NCBI GenBank assembly: GCA_964016885.1
Contig: OZ024757.1
Coordinates: forward strand, 35,402,001-35,466,000
Origin: Eledone cirrhosa
Taxonomy: Eukaryota
DNA length: 64,000 nt
Direction of reading: 5' to 3'
Made by a program: the position numbers and the translations under genes. The notes beneath the pieces are model-generated. The model had not been told where the DNA came from. It made no database searches and saw only the letters and a list, made by a program, of their open reading frames with translations. The stretch's first letter is position 1. Every line of letters starts with the position of its first letter. This document shows, one piece after another, positions 30,950 through 44,279 of this stretch.

Positions 30950-32097
30950 TTCTGTGTGTACATATACATATATATATGCGTGTGTGTTTCTGTGTGTTTC
31001 TGTGTGTACATATACATATGTATATGTGTATGTGTGTGTGTGTGTTTCTGTGTGTTTCTGTGTGTACATATACATATATATACATATATATATATGTGTG
31101 TGTGTTTGTGTGTGTGTTTCTGTGTGTACATATACATATATATACATATACATATATATATGTGTGTGTGTTTGTGTGTGTGTTTCTGTGTGTACATATA
31201 CATATATATACATATATATATGCGTGTGCGTTTGTGTGTGTTTCTGTGTGTACATATACATATATATACATATATATATATATGTGTGTGTGTTTCTGTG
31301 TGTTTCTGTGTGTACATATACATATATATACATATATATATGTGTGTGTTTGTGTGTATGTTTCTGTGTGTACATATACATATGTATACATATATATATG
31401 CGTGTGTGTTTGTGTGTGTTTCTGTGTGTACATATATATATATGTGTATGTGTGTGTGTGTGTTTGTGTGTATGTTTCTGTGTGTACATATACATATATA
31501 TACATATATATATGCGTGTGCGTTTGTGTGTGTTTCTGTGTGTACATATACATATGTATACATATATATATATATATATGTGTGTGTTTGTGTGTGTTTC
31601 TGTGTGTACATATACATATATATACATATATATATGTGTGTGTGTTTGTGTGTGTGTTTCTGTGTGTACATATACATATATATACATATATATATGCGTG
31701 TGTGTTTGTGTGTATGTTTCTGTGTGTACATATACATATATATATGTGTATGTGTGTGTGTTTGTGTGTATGTTTCTGTGTGTACATATACATATATATA
31801 CATATATATATGCGTGTGCGTTTGTGTGTACATATACATATGTATACATATATATATATATGTGTGTGTGTTTGTGTGTGTTTCTGTGTGTACATATACA
31901 TATATATACATATATATATGCGTGTGTGTTTGTGTGTATGTTTCTGTGTGTACATACACATATATATATGTGTATGTGTGTGTGTGTGTGTGTGTGTACG
32001 TGCGCGTGTGTGTACGTGCGCGCGTGTGTGTGTGCGTGTGTGTGTACGTGCGCGTGTGTGTGTACGTGCGCGTGTGTGTGTACGTGCGCGTGTGTAC
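30890..32097. repeat. TG/TA compound minisatellite (tttctgtgtgtacatatacat unit)
   Basis: Direct reading. Confidence 0.9.
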
Positions 32098-32517
32098 CCG
32101 CCCATACATGCTCTCATATCTACAACAAATACAATCACAGACACCCTTTCACTTATTTATATAAAGACGATAACAACATTTGCTTTCAATATAAACGTAT
32201 TTTATAAAACGTTGCAGTTGCTGATAACGGGAATTCATTTCTACATTACTTTACTGGTTTCTGCCATTAGACAGGCGGCCATGTTGGGACACTTTCTTTA
32301 TTTAGTCGATCATATCAACTTTAGTACTATTTTTCTTTTCAAATCCGGTACTTCTTTCCTTTTGTCTAAGTCACGCAACATTGATACAAACACAAGCTCG
32401 TTCACACACACACACTCACACACACACACAGACACACACACACACAGACACACATACCCCCCCCCCCCCCACACACACACAGGCACAGACACAGACACAC
32501 ACACACAGACACACACA

Positions 32518-32556
<39 letters not shown>

Positions 32557-32729
32557 AGACACACACACAGACACACACACACAGACACACACACAGACAC
32601 ACACACAGACACACACACACACACAGACACACACAGACACAGACACACAGACACAGACACACACACACACACACAGGACCCCCCCCACACACACACAGAC
32701 AGGCACAGACACACACAGACACGAGTACA

Positions 32730-32899
32730 TCGTATTTCCCGGCGTCGAAGACGCTACTTTTTTCCTAAAATAAGTCTAAAAAATCTACTATGCGTCCTGG
32801 AGGCCGAAGGTTGTTTATTAATTTTTTTTTCAAACTTTTGGTTGTAAAAATTAGGTTGCGTCGTCGAAGATGAAGAGTCTTCGGCGTCGGGAAATACGG
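32730..32899. mobile_element. pogo/Tc1-like MITE
   Basis: TIRs cgtatttcccggcgtcgaagac / gtcttcggcgtcgggaaatacg. Confidence 0.7.
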
Positions 32900-32911
32900 T
32901 ATATATATATA

Positions 32912-33230
32912 TCGATCTTCCAAAACCAATAACTTGCATGCCCTGCAAGTGGATTTTGTTGATTTCGGATTCACAGTAACCTAGAGCAGATATTGCATAA
33001 TATCGACGCGATGGTCCAGGTTTGTCAAATTATCCTGAGTTGGTTTTCTCGTTGCTTTGGTCCCTGCGGCTGGCTCACCGGCCGCAATCTTCAATTTGCA
33101 AAGCTGTCTAAACGTAATGTTATTACTCTAAGGTAAAATACCTTATTGAGTGCTTAGATGTACATTCCGATTGCATTCGTTAGCTTGGCTGCAGCCAGAG
33201 GTTCGATTATGCTGAACTTCCATTTGAATA
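32912..33230 (+). mobile_element. PLE-like fragment with decayed hammerhead and GAGTGC tail; tail homolog at 59448-59645
   Basis: aacct..gatattgcataatatc ga..cgatggtc caggtt (32978-33022); aagctgtct.aacgtaatgt..ttactct...gagtgct shared with 59520-59570. Confidence 0.6.
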
Positions 33231-33254
33231 TCTATCTATCTATCTATCTATATC

Positions 33255-33530
33255 AGACTATAGGTGAGGAAGATGAAAGACCAAGGGAGCACCCCCTTCT
33301 CTGTGCTCCTGAGGAGAAGGGTTGCACACTTTTTTCGGGGGTGTGTGCGACCCCCCAAGGCGCCTCCTCTCTATTGAGGATTTTGTTATAAATTTTATTT
33401 TTTGTTATATCTTATTTTATTTTTATATTTTGTTATTGCCTCCTCCTTATTGAGGACGCCTTTTTGTGTAAACTCCCCCCTTTGTACTTGTCCCACTTTT
33501 GATGTCCTAGTGGCAAATAAAAGAAACATA
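33255..33530 (+). mobile_element. LINE 3' UTR-like fragment resembling 5440-5705
   Basis: Purine-rich start, ccc/ggg blocks, ttgtacttgtccc...tggcaaataaa then microsatellite. Confidence 0.4.
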
Positions 33531-33540
33531 TCTATCTATA

Positions 33541-33594
<54 letters not shown>

Positions 33595-33953
33595 CCTTCT
33601 TAATCTAACTATTTCTTTCTTTATTTCTCATTTTATCTTTTGATGAAAGACTAGCATTCGAAACGTTATGACTCTTTTCCTATTATATCAAGCGTTAAAC
33701 TAATATATATCAGCATTGCACTGTATCGTTGACTGTGATGGTTCCCGTTTACTTTTCACATCCATCCATCTATCCATCCATCCATCCATCCATCCATACA
33801 TACATACATACACACTCACCGAGATACATACAAACATACAAATCACCGAAACTATAATGAGCCTCAGAAGCCAGCTGACGAGCGAGTACTGTCCAAGTGC
33901 TTGTCTTTCCCGAGTTTTCTGTTTTCTTTGTGTGTCTCACGTGTTTCTTTTAA

Positions 33954-34015
<62 letters not shown>

Positions 34016-34017
<2 letters not shown>

Positions 34018-34153
34018 CAAAGGAATTGTGGTAATGAACCAGATGGACCATAACGCACCAGAGTACTCAATACTTAGGGTAGTAGAGTGGGAAATAGGAA
34101 AAAGTATGACCCCGATGGCAGAGCTCAAGCCGTTTCGACGGCTATTTCTGGAC
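34016..34153 (-). mobile_element. Family C short element in (TA)n
   Basis: Homologous to 19592-19740. Confidence 0.8.
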
Positions 34154-34262
34154 TATATATATGTGTGTGTGTAAATATATATGTATATATATATGTATAT
34201 ATGTAAATATATATGTATATATATATGTATATATGTATATATATATATATATGTATATATGA

Positions 34263-34315
<53 letters not shown>

Positions 34316-34402
34316 TATGAATCTATATATATATATATATGTGTATATATGAATGTATATATATATACATATATATGTATATATGAATGTATATATATAT
34401 AT

Positions 34403-34481
<79 letters not shown>

Positions 34482-34509
34482 TGTGTATATATATATATAT
34501 ATATATATA

Positions 34510-34581
<72 letters not shown>

Positions 34582-34583
34582 TG

Positions 34584-34618
<35 letters not shown>

Positions 34619-35102
34619 GTGTGTGTGTGTGTGTATACAGACAACGCTACGCTATCAATGTCTTCCTCTTTCTCTAAGAACTTGGGCAGTGATTTGAGGG
34701 AAATTTGGCTGTTATTTCTAAAAGCTAAACCAAGGAATGAGAATAAGTTTGCGTTGCTTTGTTTATTTATGTATTTGTTATTGTTGTTTTCTTTGTATGA
34801 TTTCAGCTGAGCAGTTGGTTGTGTTAATAAGATTTATCCGACCACCTTATTTACATAGTATAACATGAAGAAAAACATGTCCGTGCTAACGAGCAGAGTT
34901 AAATTTCATGTGAGCGGATACAGTAAATTGTTTACAAAGTCCCTCTATACTGCAGAGATTCTCAAACCTTTTAGCCCCTCCGCCCCCCTCTCGGCCACGT
35001 AATATTCTTTGCCCCCCCCCCCCTATTTCCAGTGAGACCTGTCTACACGCAAATTGTAAATAATATATAATAAAATCGTTATTTCATATATAATAAGTAA
35101 TA

Positions 35103-35284
35103 TAATTGTTTCTACTTTTGGCACAAGGCCAGCAATTAAACCAGTGTATTACTGGTACTTTATTTTATCGACCCCGTAAGGATGAAAGGCAAAGTTAACC
35201 TCGGCGGGATTTGAACTCAGATCATAAAGGGCAGTAACTCTTTGCTGCAAAGCATGGCGTCCGACCCTCTACTGATACTGCCAA
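35103..35284 (-). mobile_element. SINE family A
   Basis: Core and boxes in reverse; aagtaatata on both flanks. Confidence 0.85.
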
Positions 35285-35475
35285 GTAATATAATATATGT
35301 AAGTATGCATACGTACGTACACACACACACACACATATATATATACACACACACATATATACATATACATATGTACGTATGGGTTATATTGAATACTAAT
35401 AAACATTTTCGCTTCGTTTGTAAACAAACAGCCCGATTAAAGCTGTGCCGTACCGATGACCAATCGTCATCCGTT

Positions 35476-35515
35476 TGTTCAACATGTTTCTGGGTCATTA
35501 CCCTTCATCAGGACT
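35476..35515 (-). ncRNA. Minimal hammerhead ribozyme motif, weak stem I
   Basis: CUGAUGA-aGGGU aaug ACCCa-GAAA-CAUG-UU; palindromic ACAUGU. Confidence 0.5.
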
Positions 35516-35710
35516 GTATAGCCATGCCAAACTGTTGAACTGTAGAAAATATCTAGTATTTTCTTAAGTACACATCGGATGAGTAGCCTCATTTGCATAT
35601 CTAGCTGTGCTGGGGTGAGAAATGAAATTCTAATTTTATTTTAGATATAATATATACTATGTATAAATAAATATTAAATATTTTTTATTTTACTATATTT
35701 ATATATAATA

Positions 35711-36343
35711 CTAGCAGTGGTACCCCGCGTTGCACGGGATAAGGTATTTTGGAACGCGGGCTGCCAACAGACCTAATCGTGGAAAAACTGCATGCCTTGA
35801 CAATATGTAAAGAAAATAAACCGAATACTCTGATGGCTGGATAATCTTTAAGATTTTTCTCGGTGAAGCAGGAAAAATGCAGGTTTTCACCTAATGCGGG
35901 CCCTAGGGGATCAAGAAAATGAATTTTTTTTAATGTGCATAATATGCCTTGAAATTTCGGGTAAATCAGTTAGACGTAACGCCTCAAAAAGAGCCCTAAA
36001 AAGCTGAAAAAATGAAGTTTTTCACCTAATGCGGACCCAAGCCCATAAAGAAGTTGGATTTTCTTTGCTCACGGTATGAAGAAGAGACTGACTAATACAT
36101 AGTTACAATTTCAAGGAAATCGGTCTTACGTAACGCCTCAAAAAACCCCTAAAAAGCTGAAAAAACGCAGTCTTTCACCTAGGGGATCAAAAAGTTGAAT
36201 TTTTTATGCGCATAACACTCCCTGAAACGTAAGTAATACACATGTAAAGTTTTTAAAAAATCGTTTGGGTACTTCTCGAGTTTTAAGGATTAAAACTCAC
36301 AGACACACACACAGACAGACATCCTCAGTTTTATATATATAGA
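35711..36343 (-). mobile_element. Complete non-autonomous Helitron
   Basis: Minus strand starts TC(tatatatataaaa), ends with hairpin cccgtgcaacgcgggg then CTAG; inserted between A and T. Confidence 0.85.
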
Positions 36344-36431
36344 TGATATTTGCTCCCAGGACCTTCTTAATGCCCCCGGGCGCCCCGGGTTTTTAAGAAC
36401 CTCTGCTCTACAGTGACCTCATTTGCTGCGG

Positions 36432-36883
36432 ACAGTCACTAATAATAGGGGCCACAAGCTCCCCTATCCCAATTTACTGGCCATTGTCCTCGTACCACCT
36501 ATGAGACAGTGTCCCCATTAGTGCTTTGGAAACCACAGTCACTAATAACAGGGGCCACAAGCTCCCCTATCCCAATTTACTGGCCATTGTCCTCGTACCA
36601 CCTATGAGGCTGTGTCCCCATTAGTGCTTTGGAAACCACAGTCACTAATAACAGGGGCCACAAGCCCCCCTATCCCAATTTACTGGCCATTGTCCTCGTA
36701 CCACCTATGAGACTGTGTCCCCATTAGTGCTTTGGAAACCACAGTCACTAATAATAGGGGCCACAAGCTCCCCTATCCCAATTTACTGGCCATTGTCCTC
36801 GTACCACCTATGAGACTGTGTCCCCATTAGTGCTTTGGAAACCACAGTCACTAATAACAGGGGCCACAAGCTCCCCTATCCCG
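36432..36883 (+). repeat. 103-bp tandem repeat (~4.4 copies) derived from RTE LINE coding sequence
   Basis: cagtcactaata at 36433, 36536, 36639, 36742, 36845; unit reads QFTGHCPRTTYETVSPLVLWKP. Confidence 0.85.
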
Positions 36884-37006
36884 ATGTCATCTCCAGAGAT
36901 TCTGGTATTGAAATCCAGGATTTGGCGGCGGCAATGAACGACAGACCCGCGTGGAGGTCAACTGTTGACTTGATTTCGGCTGAGGTCACCGGATGATGAT
37001 GATGAT
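36875..37006 (+). pseudogene. RTE LINE 3' terminus with (TGA)n tail
   Basis: YPDVISRDSGIEIQDLAAAMNDRPAWRSTVDLISAEVTG then stop and tgatgatgatga. Confidence 0.75.
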
Positions 37007-37034
37007 ATCTCTCACTTTCTATATTTCTCTGATA

Positions 37035-37675
37035 GTAGTTGTTGTGATGGCGGTGGTGGTGGTGGTGGTAATGATGGTGGCGGTGGTGGTGGTCGTCGTG
37101 GTGTGGTGATGGTGGTGGTGGTGGTGGTGGTAATGATGGTGGTGGTGGTCGTCGTCTTGTGGTGATGGTGGTGGTAATGGTGGTGACGGTGGTAGTGGTA
37201 GTGGTGGTAGTGGTGGTGACGGTGGTAGTGGTGGTAGTGGTAGTGGTGGTGACGGTGGTAGTGGTGGTAGTGATGGTGGTGATGGTCGTGGTGTGGTGGT
37301 GATGGTGGTAGTGATGGTGATGGTGGTGATGGTCGTGGTGTGGTGATGGTCGTGGTGTGGTGATGGTGGTGGTGGTAATGGTTGTGGCGGTGGTGGTAGT
37401 GGTGGTAGTGGTGGTGATGGTGGTAGTGGTGGTGATGATGGTCGTGATGGTCGTGGTGTGGTGGTGATGGTGGTGGTGGTGATGGTGATGGTGGTGATGA
37501 TCGTGGTGTGGTGGTGGTGGCGGTGGTGGTGGTGGTGATGGTGGCGGTGGTGGTGGTGGTGGTGATGGTGACGGTGGTGATGATGGTAGTGGTGGTAGTG
37601 ATGGTAGTGATAGTGGTGATGGTGGTGATGATAATGGTAATGGTGGTGTTAGTGGTGTGGGGTGATGGAGGTGGC
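37035..37675. repeat. (GGT)n complex microsatellite
   Basis: Direct reading. Confidence 0.9.
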
Positions 37676-38363
37676 GTCGTCGCCTTTGACGACGGTGGGG
37701 GTACCTTGTGTTGGTATTTTCCTTATTTCAAAGCGTTCTTCGTTTGTTTAAAATCCCGCACAATGAAAATAAACGCCTCGGTGGACGGGTGGAGACCGGG
37801 TGGAGACGGTTGGGGGCCGGGTAGAGGCTGGTCGGGGGCCGGGTAGAGGCTGGTTGGGGCCGGGTAGAGGCTGGTTGGGAACCTGGCGGGTGTGTGCCGG
37901 GTGGAGTTAATTAGACCTACTTATATCCCCCCCCCCCATCACATATTATTCAAGAAGATGTGACCCACCCAAGTTACAATGTGTCAATCCTTTGATACAT
38001 GGGTGGCGGTGTAGGGTGGAGCGGTGTAGTATCAAAAAATACGTATATATACATCTATCTCTCTCTCTCTCTCTTTATAAATCTATATACACACACACAC
38101 ACACATTTATATATGTACATGTGTGTGTATGTATGTGTATATATATATATATATATATGTATATAGATGTATGTGTGTATATATAGATATGTATATGTAT
38201 ATATATGTATATATATATGTATATATGTAAGTATATGTATATATGTATATATATATATATATGTTATATATATATATGTATGTTATCTCTTTCTCTTAAT
38301 TTCGAGTATATTTTTTTGACCGGCCACCTTCCTGGTGGCAAGGTTGTAAAAGAAAAGAAATTG

Positions 38364-41250
38364 TCATCCCTTGAATCGCAAGAATGTTTTGCAAATTTTG
38401 AAGGTGCCAGCTATCGCAGCCATTTGTAGACTATGAATTAGGGAGCTGCGCTCTTTGTCCGCAAATCCAAGTTCAGTCATACTTTGGTCCAAGCGGGTTG
38501 GTATATAACCCGTAGCTCCAATAATGATGGGTATGAAGCTAAAGGTGTATCTTGGATACTGGATTTGTAAACTCCTCATCAATGGTCCGCAGATGTCCTC
38601 CTTCTCCTGTAATTTTCTGGCAACGTTTACATCAAGTGGGCAGCTGATCTCCACAACAGAGCACGTTTTCAATGTGTGGTTCCAAACAACAATATCAGGC
38701 CGGATGTGCTTTAATTTGGTGGCAGTTTTTATTTTCAGGTTCCACCAGTATTCCTTAGTGCCATCTGTCTCAATATATTCTTCCTCATTTGTTGTTAATT
38801 TTGTTTTCCGAAGTGCGTTCCAGATGGTTCTAGCTATCCCATCGTGTCTCATGGGGAGGTAGTAGCGAGATGACATTCTTTCGCAGCTGGCAACAATGTG
38901 GCTTACATCCTCGATCTTTGTTTTACATAGCCTACATTTATTGTCAGCTGATGGCCCTCCCCTTTTGTGCAGCAGATATTTGGTAGGGAGTTCTTGTTCC
39001 TGTATTGCATAGAGATATCCCTCAAGGTGTGATGTCATAAACTTGTCGGAACTCCATGCCAGGCTTTTTGAGTGGTTTATACCCTCTATGGTCTGTGTTT
39101 TACGCTTCAAGTATCCATGCACAACTTTTTCTGTAAATTGGTCAATTTGTTCATCTTGTTTGAACATTGAATAGGATCTTCCGATTTCTCTGGGTGAGAG
39201 ATTTATATCAGGCTTTATTCCATATCTCTCCTCCAGATCAGTGGCTATTCTAATGATATATTTTTTTTTTCATGCTCATAAACCTGGGCAAGATGGTTGC
39301 CAACCTTTTTCCTCTGTTGAAGGTGTTGCTTCAGTGTTACTATCCGGGTCTCATATGATGTTAATATGGATTTTAGACCCCGGCCACCTTCCTTGGGTGA
39401 GAAGTATAGCCTATCCACATCACCATTGACGTTAAAGTTCCCAGTAACACTGAGAAGTTTGCGAGTTCTAACATCCATCTCACTTAGTTCTTGCAATGAC
39501 CAGTTTAGCAGGCCAAATGTTGGCGTTAGAATTGGCACAGCATAAGTATTGTGGGCAATGTATTTGTTGTACGCTGACAGTTCTGATGACCGTATTTTCT
39601 TTACTCTTCTAAGGTATTCAGTTCTGGTTCTCTCCTTATTTATGGGTCCATCATATCTGACATTCTCATCCTGTCCAAGATATCTGTAGTTGTCACCTGA
39701 CTGTAGAAGTTGTATTGTCAGGCTGTTCATCTCTAGATTTCTAGAGGAGGGCACAGCTCTTCCACGTTTTACTGTCAAATATGCACACTTGGACTCACCA
39801 AATTTCATTTTGATGTCTGTTGAAAATTGTGTAATGAGGTCCAATTGTTTCTTGATGTCATTGATATTTGGCCCATAAAACTTCAGGTCATCAACAAAGA
39901 AAAGATGGGAGATACTTCTGGACCCACTTCTTTGTCCACCTTGTTTCCTGAGTAGGTAAGATAGTGGATTTAGTGAGAGAACGAAGAGTAGCACTGACAA
40001 GCTATCACCCTGAAAGATGCCCTTCTGGTAATGTATCTTATCAGTCTTAACTTGCTCCTTCTCACCTCTAAGGATCAAATTGGTGTACCAGTTCTTGGTC
40101 AGACGTTCAACAGCAGCTACTAGTGGTTGTGGGACTTTGGCTAACATTAACAATCCACCCATGAGGTACACTATCAAATGCTTTTGATAGTCCAGCCAAA
40201 CCGCAGTCATGTTTCTGCGATTCTTTGTTGTTTTTTCTTGAATCATTTTATTAGTTAGTAGGTGATCTATGCAACCCCACACCTCCCTCTTTCCACCAGC
40301 TTGCTCAGGTGTTATGATGTTATTGGTAGCACTGATCCTGTAAGAACAGGTTAAGGCACCCAGTATATAATTTATACATGATGTTTTGGCAGGCTATTGG
40401 GCGGTAATTTTTAGCAAGGGTGGTTTGGCTATTTTGGGGAATGAGGAGAGTAGTGGCAGTTGATAACCACCTGGGCAGTTCTTGTGTGCCTTTAATGGTT
40501 TCTGTAAACAGCCGTATGAGATCTTGCCGATAGAAAGTGAAATTCTTCAACCAGTATCCTGTAATGAGGTCTGGGCCTGGTGATTTCCTATTCGACATTT
40601 TCTGTAGAGCTGTTTCCAGTATTGACCCATCTATGTCATATTGTTTTGTCTGGGCATGTTGGCAGTAGTCCTGTTCCAGTTCTTTTAGTCAATTAGTTTG
40701 TCTGTTGAATCCGTCATCCGTTTTCGATACAGATCTCCAGTAGCTCTCAACCTTTTCTTTTGAAGGGGTGTCATTTACAGGGATTGAGCTTTTGCCACCG
40801 AAGCTGCGATAAACTGATTTAGGATCTCTGGCAAACAATCTATTTAGCACTTGTCGTTTATATGCTGTTGACTTATATTTTAGTCTTTCTGTTGTAGCTG
40901 TGAATTGTTGTTTCAACTGGTGTAATTTGGAGTTCAAAGTTTTAAATTTTGTATCTCCAAATCGTCTCTCTAAAATTTTTTCAGGTCTTCCTGGTGTCGT
41001 GTGAAGTTGCTCTCTATGTTGCATTTCATAACGACTGCGATGTGTGAGATACTTCGTCTCAGGGACAAAATTTTGCTTTTTAAATTTCGCATCCACGCTG
41101 GTTCAGGCTTTTTGTTTGTATCTTGATTGCGTGGTTTTAAATGTGTGTTATATGATAGCAATGTGACAGCTGAAACATATAACAAAATATTAAGCGTTTC
41201 AAATGTCGTTTCTCCACCTTTAGATCGTATAGCCTTCAGATAATTGCCAT
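38364..41250 (-). pseudogene. R4/Dong-like non-LTR retrotransposon (RT, CCHC knuckle, restriction-like endonuclease), frameshifted
   Basis: KSPGPDLI, KNYRPIAC, EQAGG, WLDY, GIFQGDSLS, LFFVDDLK, YRYLG, GGRGL, CRLC...HIVASC, RHD, PDIVV..VVEISCP spread over six ORF pieces. Confidence 0.9.
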
Positions 41251-42231
41251 ATGTATGTGTATATATATGTATGTATAGATATATGTATGTGTATATATAA
41301 GTGTATGTATATAATGTGTGTATGTATATATCTATATATATGAATGTGTGTGTGTGTGTTTACGTTTATGTTTGTGTTTGTTACGTTACTTAGCGGTACG
41401 ACAATAAGTGATCAATAAAATATGTACAAAGACACGCACATACACATACATACACACACTTACGGACATACACACACTCACACACATACACACAAGCACA
41501 GAGACTCCCTAACCCGCAGACAGACACACACATACACACACACACACCCACCCTTACATACACACACATACTCGCATGCAGACACACACATACGCACTCA
41601 GACAGACAGATACACATACACACAAGCACAGAGACTCACTGACCCTCAGACAGACACACATACACACAGACACACACACATTTACACAGACATACACACA
41701 AATACACGCATGCACATATACACACACGCAGACAGACATACACACAAGCACAGACTCACTGACCCTCAGACAGACACACATACATCCACACACACACAGA
41801 CAGACAGACACACAAGCACAGAGACTCACTGACCCTCAGACAGACACACATACATACACACACACACATTTACACAGACATACACACAAATACACGCATA
41901 CACATACACACACACACAGACACACACAGATAGACAATTATTTGACTTCTCTTTGATTTACCGAACCCTAATTCCACCGGAAGCAAGTCTGCCTAATTTC
42001 CAGGAATTTTATTTATCTTCCCCTCCCCATTCCCATGGATGTTCCCTTCTGTTATTCCCCCACTGCCCCACTCCCCCCACATTCACCCACTCCCCACTTT
42101 CCTCTATTCTCTTATTCTTATTTTTTCCCATTCCTCCATTCTCCCATTCTGCCATTCCTTATCATCCCATCATCTGTAACCAGTCTCGTAGTTCCTGTCC
42201 TGCAGGTGGCTCACAAACACACACACACACA

Positions 42232-42334
<103 letters not shown>

Positions 42335-42499
42335 TCACTCACACACACTCACACATTCACACACATACACACTCACACATTCACACACACACATTCACTC
42401 ACCGCCACTCAACACTCTCTTTTTGTCTCTCCTTTTTCGTTTCTTTATCTTTTTTTTTCTCTCTCTCGCTCTCTCTCTCTCAAAACACACAAACAAACA

Positions 42500-42624
42500 C
42501 TCACATTCCTGATGATTTCGCATGAATAACAAAAGGTCTAGTCCTGTAGAAGTCGTTTCTGTATAATAACGACTTCTACAATGCTAGAGCTTTTTCATTC
42601 ATATGAAATCATTAGGAATATGAG
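42500..42624. repeat. Degenerate fold-back hairpin next to (TA)n
   Basis: tgtagaagtcgtt / aacgacttctaca core; ttcctgatgatttc / gaaatcattaggaa outer pairing. Confidence 0.65.
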
Positions 42625-42661
42625 AGTGTGTCTATGTGTTATATATATATATATATATATA

Positions 42662-43040
42662 TAAATATCACGGTAAATTAATGGAACCATAAACTGTCGC
42701 TATTCCCTGTCAATAATGTGTTCAAAGGAGTACAATATGTTGAAAAGGTAACACACTAGAGAGAGATAGTGTGCCATTAATAAAACAGGGAAAACCACCA
42801 GTGTATGGAATCTATAACCTATGAAAGGCAGGGTAGACACACAATAATTAAAAATATAAACTAAAGTGTAAATACGCACCTCTATAACTATATAACACAC
42901 GTACAAATCCAAAGAGATCTGTTTCGCCAATAAGTTGTTGACAGAAATGAAATAGCCCATGGTTCATCAGCGTGTCAACAACTTATTGGCAAAACAGATC
43001 TCTGGATTTGTACGTGTGTTATATAGTTATAGAGTTGCGT
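42662..43040 (-). mobile_element. Fold-back element with tail; degenerate hammerhead spans arm and loop
   Basis: Arms ~42874-42943 / 42973-43040; minus strand CUGAUGA (42964-42970)...UUGGC GAAAC (42921-42925). Confidence 0.65.
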
Positions 43041-43694
43041 TATATAGTTATATATATAGTTATATATATATATATAGTGAAAGAGTGAAGAGTAACGGTT
43101 GGCTGTACAAAAAGGGTTTTATTTACAGTATTAACAATTGTTTCATTGATCAGGTGAATCTAAAGGCTGCTAATCACTAGAAATTGCGCCACTCGACCTT
43201 AAATACAGTGTGTGTCTCTGATCAAATCATAGGAATACTCACAATATATATATATTATATATATATATTTAATTTTTATTTAATACATTAACAGAGAAAA
43301 TTTTAAGCGATACTCTGACCAACTCCATCTCACTCAACAAACATTAGGATATACCTAAATATAATCCCAATTAAGTGTTTGGGGTGCTAACTATATAGTA
43401 TTTCGTGGAAAGTTGGTTGTATTATTTTATATGAGACATAATTAAATAAATCTCTCTTTCTTTCCATACGATCGTTTCATTATAATATTTCTACAAGTTG
43501 GGTGAAATTATACCAAATTATGTAGAAGCTTGTATAAGATCAACAGATACTTATACAAGTGGGCTCTTATAATTCTTCAGTGGGTGCCCAATAACATTAA
43601 TATTGATAACCAAATCAACATCAATATCTAGCGATAATCACCATCAATGCTTGAGGGAGCTGCTAGGTTGTTAGTCCAGCAGTTCTAAAGAACT

Positions 43695-43756
<62 letters not shown>

Positions 43757-43769
43757 GTATACGTATGTG

Positions 43770-43962
43770 ACGAAGGAAATGTGGTAAGGAACCAGGTGGA
43801 CCATAACGCACCAAAGTACTCAATACTTAGGGTAGTAGAGTGAGTAATAGGAACAAGTAAGACCCCGACGGCTGAGCTCAAGCCGTTTCGACGGCTAATT
43901 CTGTACAGAATTAGCCGTCGAAACGGCTTGAGCTCAGCCGTCGGGGTCTTACTTGTTCCTAT
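43770..43962 (-). mobile_element. Family C element ending in a perfect 116-bp palindrome, with TSD
   Basis: Palindrome 43847-43962 centred on tgt|aca; atacgtatgtg at 43759-43769 and 43963-43973. Confidence 0.85.
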
Positions 43963-44279
43963 ATACGTATGTGTATATACGTATGTGTATATACAGACCG
44001 ACAGAGATATATTGAAGAAAGTTGTCGTGATATAATTGACATATGTTTGATTATGATTAAAGAATTTGCAGAAGAAATTTATTGTAATTGAATTAAATGG
44101 ATGTGAAATGAAATAGGAGAAGGAATCTGGTTTTCATCTGTTTCCTCCAGCATCACGTTAACTGACCACTATACTCTTCCATCTTTCTCTGTCTCTTGCA
44201 AGGGTTGGTGCTACAAACCCTTTTGGACTACACAAACTGGTGGTCTTATCCCACCAGCTGGCAGCCATTACAGTTCTTG

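Larger units (their letters stand above)
34953..36405. mobile_element. hAT-like MITE carrying nested insertions (SINE, hammerhead fragment, Helitron)
   Basis: TIRs cagagattctcaaa / tttaagaacctctg; TSD only partly matching. Confidence 0.55.

Noticed and set aside
33636-33905. Two partial hammerhead-like motifs (ttgatga...cgaaacgtta; ctgacga plus a stem)
   Set aside because: The first lacks C3 and good stems, the second lacks GAAA; possible relics only
43120-43215. Minus-strand GAAACAAUUGUU palindromic stem III
   Set aside because: No upstream CUGANGA found
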